Made by a program: the position numbers and the translations under genes | Part shown: piece after piece, positions 17,198 through 24,096 of the stretch | How the letters are laid out: every line of letters begins with the position of its first letter | Position numbering within the stretch: the stretch's first letter is position 1 | Notes under the pieces: generated by a model | What the model was told of the DNA's origin: nothing | The model's input: only the letters and a program-made list of their open reading frames with translations | Database searches by the model: none | Assembly: GCA_042569785.1 (NCBI GenBank) | Contig: JBHPGW010000005.1 | Coordinates: forward strand, 3,347-67,346 | Length of the DNA stretch: 64,000 bases | From: Planctomycetota bacterium | Lineage (GTDB): Bacteria; Planctomycetota; Phycisphaerae; Sedimentisphaerales; Anaerobacaceae | Reading direction: 5' to 3'

Positions 17198-18337
17198 CTA
17201 CCCAAACCTTGTTTGCCAGATAGTGGCGAGAATACTTGGGTCGAAAGTCAATTGGATTCTGTTTGTGTATGTTCTGCTGATCTTGGTGGAAATCAGCAGG
17301 ATCAGGCCGAGGGACTGCAGGTATGATAGATTGGAATAGAAATGGACATAGCTAAAAGGCTCTTCGTTGAATTGGGTACTGATCATTCGATAGGATTGAT
17401 ATATGTCTTTTACGTAACCATCTCGCTGCGAAAGGGCTGCTTTTAGGATGAGCAGGTTCTTGTCGTTTAAGTCCCTAACTACATCGAACATTATATCCCG
17501 CCTGGCTTTTTCAAAATGTTCTTTCAGGGGCACCTTAGGTTCCAGGGCCCAGAGATATAAGGTTTTAATCGCTACCCTGACATCGGAATTTGTGTTGCCG
17601 ACGGTCATAGCGGCGATTGCATTGATAGTTCCGGTAGGATTTGATTTTAAACCCATTCGAGCTCGTTCTGTAAGGATTTTTTGCATTTCAATGGCATCGT
17701 AACTGCTGAAGTGAATTATTTCCGGCTGAAGCGTGCTGTTTATACTTTCATCAAGTGAATTGAGGAATTTGGGGTTATTGCTGAGAAGAATGGTCATATA
17801 ATTGTTTGGTGACCGGCTGACAAGGTAGAGAATATCTTTGTGCCTGTCTTTGTCGCTCATCAGGTCGATTTCATCCAGGATGAAAACGGTTTTGTTTTTG
17901 TTTCCTATTTCGAATCTTTGCCATAATTCATCCAGGCTGACACCTCTTGGCCTAACATCAAGTATATGAGCTATGATTTTGAAACTGGTATTATGCTGCC
18001 TGCAGTTGACGTAGATGAAATTGATATCTGTTTGCTGAGCTAATACGTGCATAAGATATTTAGCAGAGAGGCTTTTGCCGCAGCCCCTGGCACCGAGAAT
18101 TATGACATTGTTGGCGATGCTTGTTTGATTGTAACGCAGCAATGAGTCGATCAGTGGTTTGACTTCCTCACGCATCAAAGGCTTATCGGGTATATAGTTG
18201 AAGTCAAAGATTTTGAAATTCTGTATTCTGTCAGAGTTCTTTTTTAAATCCTGCTGTTTAGTTTTAAGGTATTCAGTGATGTCCATTTTACGCGTAAACT
18301 TTACCCAACGTATAAACTCACGGGGCTTTATAAACAT
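17198..18337 (-). CDS. Orc1/Cdc6-type AAA+ replication-initiator-like protein with C-terminal winged helix
   Basis: Orc1/Cdc6 layout throughout. Motifs: FDFNYIPDKPLMREEVKPLIDSLLRY; Walker A ILGARGCGKS; IYVNCRQHNTSFKI; Walker B VFILDEIDLM; ILYLVSR; LLSNNPKFLNSLDESINSTLQPEIIHFSSYDAIEMQKILTERA; GNTNSDVRVAIKTLY. C-terminal wH: YSNLSYLQSLGLILLISTKISRTYTNRIQL. The true start may be Met18 (ATG at 18286), because the first 17 codons overlie two iteron-like repeats. Confidence 0.8.
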   Translation of the reverse strand: MFIKPREFIRWVKFTRKMDITEYLKTKQQDLKKNSDRIQNFKIFDFNYIPDKPLMREEVKPLIDSLLRYNQTSIANNVIILGARGCGKSLSAKYLMHVLAQQTDINFIYVNCRQHNTSFKIIAHILDVRPRGVSLDELWQRFEIGNKNKTVFILDEIDLMSDKDRHKDILYLVSRSPNNYMTILLSNNPKFLNSLDESINSTLQPEIIHFSSYDAIEMQKILTERARMGLKSNPTGTINAIAAMTVGNTNSDVRVAIKTLYLWALEPKVPLKEHFEKARRDIMFDVVRDLNDKNLLILKAALSQRDGYVKDIYQSYRMISTQFNEEPFSYVHFYSNLSYLQSLGLILLISTKISRTYTNRIQLTFDPSILATIWQTRFG

Positions 18338-18392
18338 TATGGTTTTATTTCGAGAAATGCCTTACGCATAAACTAAAGCGAACGCTTAAACT
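18290..18392. repeat. Four direct 11-bp iteron-like repeats ACG[C/T][A/G/T]TAAACT at the 5' end of the orc1/cdc6-like gene
   Basis: acgcgtaaact 18290-18300; acgtataaact 18308-18318; acgcataaact 18364-18374; acgcttaaact 18382-18392. They form two pairs with an 18-nt pitch, 56 nt apart. The same 11-mer recurs at 17176. Confidence 0.55.
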
Positions 18393-18683
18393 GAAGGGTA
18401 TTTCAATTATTCAAATTTAGGCCCCCTACTGACACAGCATGCAGGTTATTCGGTGTACCGAAAACAAGAACGGTCTATTATAATTATGACTCAAGCGTAT
18501 GTTTTGTGTCGGTAAGTATGTCTATAAATACAGCTACTCCATAGGGGAAGATAACTATTAAGGCATAAATATCAATCTTCACTTTTCCCATATCCATGGG
18601 AATTACCATAATAACACAGAAAGATTCACTCTCTGTCAAACGCAATCAATCGACTAAACGATGTAATTAGTCGTTTGATCCGA

Positions 18684-19292
18684 CTAATTTGTGTTGAGAT
18701 AATTTTCAATTTTCAGGCCTTCACAAAGCTTAAACCGATTCCGATTATCTCTGTCCACAGCTTTGCTGAATAAATTAGCTTTTGAGTTGATCTGCCGCAT
18801 TTGGTTTTTGATGGTATTTGGGGACTTGTTTAAAGCTCTGGCAATATCAGCATACGAAAGAGCCATATCCCGATTCTGGAAAAATACGCTTAAAATATTT
18901 TTTTCTTTGGCTGAGAACGTGTCAATATCAAGGCCCTGATTCAAGGGTTTTTGTGGCAATATAGGTAACTGCTGGGCTGGCAAAGGCATGATTGATCGAT
19001 TAGTCGGTTCGATTTGCTCTTTGATCGGGGTAATTGCTGGTTGAGCGACTAATTGCTCCAGGCTTTTCAGCTGATTGGAATTCTTTTTGATTATGATCGT
19101 ATGTTCTGTAATCTCCTGGTCATGCTTTTGCAGAATTATATTTAAAGTGCCGATTTGAGAGTTAAGGTTCCTGATCTCGGACTTTAGTCTTGTGAGTTTC
19201 TGGGTGGATTCAGGAACTGATCTATTAGATCGCCTTTTTCTGGCCTTGCGTTTTTTCTTCCTTTTGAATATGCCAAATAATCCCATTTTCAA
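18684..19292 (-). CDS. Coiled-coil protein with C-terminal LuxR/GerE-type HTH
   Basis: 202 aa. Basic N-terminus KRKKKRKARKRR, coiled-coil middle, and C-terminus FSAKEKNILSVFFQNRDMALSYADIARALNKSPNTIKNQMRQINSK. Its start overlaps the upstream stop. Confidence 0.5.
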   Translation of the reverse strand: MKMGLFGIFKRKKKRKARKRRSNRSVPESTQKLTRLKSEIRNLNSQIGTLNIILQKHDQEITEHTIIIKKNSNQLKSLEQLVAQPAITPIKEQIEPTNRSIMPLPAQQLPILPQKPLNQGLDIDTFSAKEKNILSVFFQNRDMALSYADIARALNKSPNTIKNQMRQINSKANLFSKAVDRDNRNRFKLCEGLKIENYLNTN

Positions 19293-19609
19293 TAAACTCT
19301 TATAGGCGAACCCAGATAATAGGTTTGAGCTTCAATTAATTCGAGCTGTTTTTTTATTCGCCTATACTGAGAATCGGTAAGCCTGGCATTGCTGTCATCA
19401 AGGGCTTGATGTATCTGCATAGCCAGAGATAGAAAAGATGAATATTTGTCCATTAAATCTTTGCTGGCGGTATTATTGAATCTGATAAAAGAAGATGGCC
19501 CTTGCCTTGCCTCATGGGATTTTAGCTTCTGCCAGGCTAATAAAGCTTTCATATCTTCCAGAATATGCCGGAGAGTTTGCAGCCCGGCTACCAGTTCTGT
19601 CTCTGTCAT
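19289..19609 (-). CDS. Hypothetical helical protein
   Basis: 106 aa. 4-nt overlap with the downstream HTH gene. No family recognised. Confidence 0.3.
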   Translation of the reverse strand: MTETELVAGLQTLRHILEDMKALLAWQKLKSHEARQGPSSFIRFNNTASKDLMDKYSSFLSLAMQIHQALDDSNARLTDSQYRRIKKQLELIEAQTYYLGSPIRVY

Positions 19610-19646
19610 AAAGGATTAAAGCTGGCCTAGTATAAAAACCTTTTGC

Positions 19647-19853
19647 TTACAGGTACATATCGTCATAATCGTTCATGTCTTCCCAGCTCAATTCATCGGG
19701 GTCATGATAACCAGAATCATCTTCATGGTGTTCATGCAAATGGTCCAGTATCCTGTTTGAGACCCTACGGATAGCCATAGTATGCTCACAGATCTCTTCA
19801 AGAAGCTGAGTATGCTTCTCTTGTTCGGTTGGTGTGTTTTTTTTTGCTGTCAT
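19647..19853 (-). CDS. Small highly acidic protein
   Basis: 68 aa. The C-terminal half is rich in D/E/H (HLHEHHEDDSGYHDPDELSWEDMNDYDDMYL). Confidence 0.3.
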   Translation of the reverse strand: MTAKKNTPTEQEKHTQLLEEICEHTMAIRRVSNRILDHLHEHHEDDSGYHDPDELSWEDMNDYDDMYL

Positions 19854-19950
19854 TGTAAAATGGTAACGAGGAAAGAGTTTTTAAGCTTTTCGGTGATTAA
19901 ATATGCGTTTAAATTATGGATGATTCAATAGAGCTGTCGCTAAATGGTTG

Positions 19951-19981
19951 TAAAAACCGCGGCCAGAATATGCGGCCGCGG
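19951..19981 (-). terminator. Intrinsic terminator closing the Ubl-E2-JAB-E1 operon
   Basis: The minus-strand RNA reads CCGCGGCC-GCAUAUUCU-GGCCGCGG-UUUUUA: an 8-bp all-GC stem (19957-19964 / 19974-19981), a 9-nt loop and a U5 tail. It begins 10 nt after the E1 stop. Confidence 0.7.
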
Positions 19982-19991
19982 AAAAAGAAAA

Positions 19992-20651
19992 TCACCCCAC
20001 GTCACTAACATTTAACTCCGAAGCCAGAAGATTTAATTGGATATCTGGATCAATTGGTAATAGGCGTAAGTACTTTGTGAATTGAGCAAGCATGAAGCCG
20101 GCTGCTATGTTGGCACAGTATATGGTTGTTTTGGCAGTACAAGGGCCCGTGTGAGCTTGCTGGGCGGTGAATAGGGTCTGAGGGTAGTGTTGGCGGCTTG
20201 GTTCATCACAGGCGGTTATAACTCGCAAAACTTCTGCTGACATTCTACCATCTACGAAGAAGTTGGCCTTATCTTTCACAGCATCCCATATGTGCTTTCT
20301 AGCGACAATTGAATCCACACAGCAAAATACCGTATTGCCCAGAGGTATTGACCGTTTGAATTTATCCAGCACGATCTCAACTTGCAGCTCGTGATTGATC
20401 TCTCGGCAGAACTCGGCTGTTACGTCAACCTTGGGGCGTTTTAGGTCTTTGTGCATATAACCTTGTGTTGCCAGGTTACTGATATCCACGTGATCAAAGT
20501 CGATAAGTTGTAAAACAGGTATGCCGATTGCGGTTAGTTGGATTGCAACCTGTCTGCCAATGGCTCCTATGCCAATCACTGTAGCCTTGCAATCTAGTAT
20601 TCGCTGTCTTGGTACAATATCAGCTTGTCTTGAGTATCTTTCACTGCTCAT
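19992..20651 (-). CDS. ThiF/MoeB-family E1-like adenylyltransferase (minimal, adenylation domain only)
   Basis: RYSRQ...ATVIGIGAIGRQVAIQL (GxGxxG), LIDFDHVDISNLATQGY, LKRPKVDV. Preferred start is the ATG at 20651 (MSSERYSRQ), which has GAGG 6 nt upstream and an 11-nt overlap with the JAB stop. Confidence 0.8.
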   Translation of the reverse strand: MSSERYSRQADIVPRQRILDCKATVIGIGAIGRQVAIQLTAIGIPVLQLIDFDHVDISNLATQGYMHKDLKRPKVDVTAEFCREINHELQVEIVLDKFKRSIPLGNTVFCCVDSIVARKHIWDAVKDKANFFVDGRMSAEVLRVITACDEPSRQHYPQTLFTAQQAHTGPCTAKTTIYCANIAAGFMLAQFTKYLRLLPIDPDIQLNLLASELNVSDVG

Positions 20652-21393
20652 ATGACACCTCGCTTTCATCCCAGAAATCACTTCTTATTGACAGTTCTTC
20701 CATGAAATACTCTCGTTCCATAGGGTCCATAGAATCGATCTCAGAGAGTAAATCCTGATCTGTTAAGCTACCAAAATCTTCAAAGCCATCACTTCCAAAA
20801 ACATCGGCTTCTTCAGTTTGCTTAATCCTTTTTGATTTGCCGGTGAGGTTGAAGATCGTATCTTCGGTGACATTAGCCATGTATTGTTGCTGCCAAACCT
20901 CGAAGTCAGCGGCATCGAATTCGCAACTGTAATCGACACAGATGGGAATCTTTGCTTCTCCGCCTGGACCTGCGTTGAAACGCAGCCTTGCGAATGTGCT
21001 TCCTTCCTGGGCGACGATAGCCATGATAGACCAGTCGCATGAGCCGAACACTCGCTGGAATGTTGATTCGTCGGTACAACTTGGCTGTGGTGAATCGCCG
21101 GGATGTGTGTGGAGCCAAATGCGGGCGAATTGTTCAGGTTGCCGTCCTGCTTCTACCTGGTCTTCGAAAAAGTCCGCAACCGCTTCATCATCAAATGAGA
21201 CTGAGACGGCTGTTACTTTTTGTTTTACCAGGACAAAATCCGTTACAAGTAACAGATCATCAGCTTCGGTGATTCCAAAACCGCCAACTTCGTTATCGGT
21301 TATGTCACGCAGGAATACGAGTTTGGCCCAGGCTGTCGGGCTGAACCGCAGGCTTGGTTTCTGATGTTGTTGTGTCTTCTTCAAGTTCTTCAT
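20641..21393 (-). CDS. JAB/MPN (JAMM) metallopeptidase with acidic C-terminal tail
   Basis: The track ORF (to 21819) has a 142-aa N-terminal extension that is an alternate frame of the E2 Cys-rich tail. The ATG at 21393 gives MKNLKKTQQ. JAMM elements are DNEVGGFGI (Glu) and WLHTHPGDSPQPSCTDESTF (HxH-x7-S-xx-D). Confidence 0.8.
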   Translation of the reverse strand: MKNLKKTQQHQKPSLRFSPTAWAKLVFLRDITDNEVGGFGITEADDLLLVTDFVLVKQKVTAVSVSFDDEAVADFFEDQVEAGRQPEQFARIWLHTHPGDSPQPSCTDESTFQRVFGSCDWSIMAIVAQEGSTFARLRFNAGPGGEAKIPICVDYSCEFDAADFEVWQQQYMANVTEDTIFNLTGKSKRIKQTEEADVFGSDGFEDFGSLTDQDLLSEIDSMDPMEREYFMEELSIRSDFWDESEVSYEQ

Positions 21394-22360
21394 TTTCTTG
21401 TTCCTCTCTCTGCTCTTGGCAGCTATTACATAAACCATCTTCATTAATACAATCTTTACAGAGCGTTTCTTCGCATTCTGTACATACCGCTGTACAGCTA
21501 TTGCAAACAGGTTGATTGCAAGCTGGGCATTCATAGCTGCAACCCAGGCAAATCGTTGTGTCGCAAATCTGGCAATAGGTACTGCAACTGGAGCAGTAAT
21601 CACGCTCGCAATCTTCACAATAGTAGCAATCATCGCCTGCAACCGTGTATCCACAGTCATAGCAGGAAATACCTTCCCAGTCATCCAGTGATACATAAGG
21701 GCTGTCTGGATTGTAGGTTTGCAGAATCTGAACGATGATCGTAAAAAAATCGTTAAGCCTGCCTTGTTGAATTGCCTTGCGGATCGCAATGTAGCCATCG
21801 CCTTCACATAGCTTTTCATGGCTGACGTGTGGATGAGTTACATCGCAATCGCTGCCTGCCGGGTTTGGCTCAAGGGCTATGATCTTGTATGGGCTTTCAG
21901 TTGTGAGCTTTTTTATCTCGTTTAGAAATAGTCGAATTTCAAATGCTCCAAGCGTAATATCATCGAGCACTATTGATTCTGTTATTACCGAGATGGACTT
22001 TGCTTTGAGATCAAATTTTAGTTCGCCGAATTCCTGTTCAATCTGCAACAGTTCTGCAACCACATCGCCTAACTTGGGCAGTTTTATCTCGTCAGTATTG
22101 ATGGTACTCTTGAACTGCTCAAGGTGGTGTGAAAAGTCGTTGAGATTTCTACTGATCCTTGATCGTATCTTTTCAGCAGCTGGATACCAACACCTGTCAA
22201 TGGCTCTTTGGAAGATGGGAGAGTTTTTGGTTACGTCAGAGCACTTGCAGCTGAAGTCTTCAAGCCGATGTTGTATCTTTAGTAGCCTTTCATGTTTAAG
22301 ACTGTTTAGAGCCTGCAAGAGCAGGTTTGCCGCTCTTATATGTTTTTTGTACTTTTTCAT
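21305..22360 (-). CDS. E2 (UBC)-like protein with N-terminal helical extension and C-terminal 21-Cys CxxC-repeat domain
   Basis: A beta-meander-like stretch ITLGAFEIRLFL is followed by THPHVSHEKLCEGDG (HPH-x6-Cys, as in prokaryotic E2s). Residues 233-314 (nt 21419-21664) hold 21 Cys in 10-11 CxxC pairs. Confidence 0.6.
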   Translation of the reverse strand: MKKYKKHIRAANLLLQALNSLKHERLLKIQHRLEDFSCKCSDVTKNSPIFQRAIDRCWYPAAEKIRSRISRNLNDFSHHLEQFKSTINTDEIKLPKLGDVVAELLQIEQEFGELKFDLKAKSISVITESIVLDDITLGAFEIRLFLNEIKKLTTESPYKIIALEPNPAGSDCDVTHPHVSHEKLCEGDGYIAIRKAIQQGRLNDFFTIIVQILQTYNPDSPYVSLDDWEGISCYDCGYTVAGDDCYYCEDCERDYCSSCSTYCQICDTTICLGCSYECPACNQPVCNSCTAVCTECEETLCKDCINEDGLCNSCQEQREEQENEELEEDTTTSETKPAVQPDSLGQTRIPA

Positions 22361-22444
22361 AGATACTCCTTAATGAAAAAAAGGCCTCTGCCTATAATTG
22401 AAAATAAGCAGAAGCCTTATGGTTAATGTTTACGAGCAAACAGC

Positions 22445-22669
22445 TCAGTAAGCCGCTCCATCTATCTTGGTTGGCGTTACTGTTACCCTGTCGTTTTCCT
22501 TTAGCACATAGTCCTTCGGGACTGGCTGGCGATTTACACGGATCAAATAATCTGCCGCTTCATCGTGAGGCATCTTTTGCTTGAAAAGCTTTTCGATACT
22601 TGTGCCCTCTTCGACGTTAATAAAATCTGCAAATCCGCCACCATTGTTATTTATGTACATTATTTTCAT
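22445..22669 (-). CDS. ThiS/MoaD-like beta-grasp ubiquitin-like protein
   Basis: 74 aa. LIRVNRQPVPKDYVLKENDRVTVTPTKIDGAAY parallels the ThiS C-terminal half (INQQIVPREQW...DGDQILLFQVIAGG). It is the first gene of the E2-JAB-E1 operon. Confidence 0.6.
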   Translation of the reverse strand: MKIMYINNNGGGFADFINVEEGTSIEKLFKQKMPHDEAADYLIRVNRQPVPKDYVLKENDRVTVTPTKIDGAAY

Positions 22670-22819
22670 GTTTTTTCCTTTCGGTAAAGTGTTAATATTT
22701 TGAAATTTACTTGTGACTACAATCTACTGATTCTTTTATCAAGGTGGACTGCGCGCAGCGGTACCACTATAATTTTGCATGGGTTTTCCTTTCTGAATTG
22801 AATATTGAAGTGTGTTTAG

Positions 22820-23128
22820 TTAATCTTTAAACATTTCCGGTACTATCTCTTGGAGCATTTTCGGGCTCCAATATAAGTCACGCTCAATGGGCAGTCCCAT
22901 CATTCCTCTTACACTTTGGAGTTCTCTCAGGCTGAAATAGCCCAGTTCTTTTTCATGACCTTCTACCAGGCCAAAGAATGTATCATCGCCATCGAATTCT
23001 GTAGCGTACCATGTCCAGTTGGCGTCTGGGGTGAAGAATTTTACATGTGCGATTGCTTTGCCACCTTTGTCTTCCTGAGAATATAATGGCGGCAGTTTTG
23101 TTTTGACTTCTTTGGTTACAAGTTTCAT
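22820..23128 (-). CDS. DUF2958-family protein
   Basis: KLPPLYSQEDKG...VKFFTPDANWTWYATEFDGDDTFFGLVEGHEKELGYFSLRELQSVRG..LPIERDLYWSP matches the conserved DUF2958 signature I recall from plasmid/ICE proteins. Confidence 0.75.
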   Translation of the reverse strand: MKLVTKEVKTKLPPLYSQEDKGGKAIAHVKFFTPDANWTWYATEFDGDDTFFGLVEGHEKELGYFSLRELQSVRGMMGLPIERDLYWSPKMLQEIVPEMFKD

Positions 23129-23205
23129 GATTGTTACCTACCTTTCGTTAAATGTGATGGAAAAATACCATCGTGGGTTAAATAAAAAAACAATTAGAAA
23201 TGGTT

Positions 23206-23481
23206 TCAGCCGTAAATATCACTCACTGATGAGCTTTCTGGTTGACTTGGGTCCTTACGCTCGGTCAGGTGTTCAAATGCCTTCTGAAGAGCTAATATGG
23301 CTTTAGGGATGTCGTTTATACTCAGGCTGTTGGTGCCCTGCCATTGACCTGTCTTATCTTTGTACCTGACTTCAATTACAACTTTTGGCAATTGAATCGA
23401 CTGACCGTTCTTTTGTATGGTGTTTCTAAATACAGCTGCTCTTACAGCACCTATCTTGAAAACAGTTTCTGGTTTTGACAT
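23206..23481 (-). CDS. Small hypothetical protein; possibly PC4/YdbC-like ssDNA-binding fold (tentative)
   Basis: 91 aa. IGAVRAAVFRNTIQKNGQSIQLPKVVIEVRYKDKTGQWQGTNSLSINDIPKAILALQKA. AGGAGGAA SD upstream. The fold guess rests on the pattern only. Confidence 0.3.
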   Translation of the reverse strand: MSKPETVFKIGAVRAAVFRNTIQKNGQSIQLPKVVIEVRYKDKTGQWQGTNSLSINDIPKAILALQKAFEHLTERKDPSQPESSSVSDIYG

Positions 23482-23502
23482 TTTCCGCTTATTCCTCCTA
23501 TC

Positions 23503-23532
23503 GATTGGTAAATACCAATCAGTACGATCGTA
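23503..23532. promoter_or_regulatory. Two adjacent perfect palindromes upstream of the 23481 gene start (candidate operators)
   Basis: gattggta-aa-taccaatc at 23503-23520 and tacgatcgta at 23523-23532. They sit immediately 5' of the SD of the minus-strand gene 23206..23481. Confidence 0.3.
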
Positions 23533-24096
23533 AAGTCGATAGACTTAATAAGCATTTTGCTTGTGCAGTATATATAAGGCCGAGAGGAGGCGTTTTAAAA
23601 ACGCGCCTGTAGTAAGCGTGTATTCAAACAACGTCGAAATCGAGGCCGAGTATTATAATCTGCATAAAGCAAAAAAACCGTTGCTGTCAGCTAGGTTTAT
23701 ATCTGCTGGAACATAACGGCAGAAGAATATAGTGGTAGAATACGATATGAGTTGATCGCCAGTAATGGCGGAAGTGATAAAGCGATAGCTAAGAAAGATA
23801 TATTTGTGTTTTGGGGTATTTCGGGTGAAATACCTGTTCTCCAGCCCGGAAAAGGCTAAATTAAAGATCTTCGGAAATTCAGGTTTTTCAAAGCTATTGT
23901 GTTTCCTGGATAAGCTTTTGTGGTTGTGCAAGCTTTTTGTCAGGATGTATTAGTTTTGATGTTTTGAATTTTACTAATCTTCAAGTTCTATAAGTTTCGT
24001 AAGTTTATAAAGCTTTCTATCGGTTCGAAGGTCTCACTTTTCATGCTTCAATCGACAGGTTTAAAAAGTCTGCTGATTTCACATTAGGGCACGAAT

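Noticed and set aside
21394-21819. 142-aa N-terminal extension of the JAB ORF (track 20641..21819)
   Set aside because: It is the alternate frame of the CxxC-repeat coding region of the E2 gene. The JAB domain starts right after the internal Met at 21393.
22745-22768. GC-rich palindrome ctgcgcgcag (22749-22758) between DUF2958 and the Ubl gene as a terminator
   Set aside because: No U-tract follows on the minus-strand transcript. It may be a protein-binding site or attenuator, but there is too little evidence to call it.
23653-23931. 92-aa minus-strand ORF in the long intergenic region
   Set aside because: It has no SD and an odd low-complexity composition with no family resemblance. I treated the region as non-coding (see the finding on 23482-24096).
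24015-24035. ggttcgaagg, superficially like a tRNA T-arm
   Set aside because: The flanking bases do not form a T-stem (tatcg versus ggtct are not complementary), and no acceptor or anticodon arms are evident. I recognised no tRNA gene anywhere in the window.
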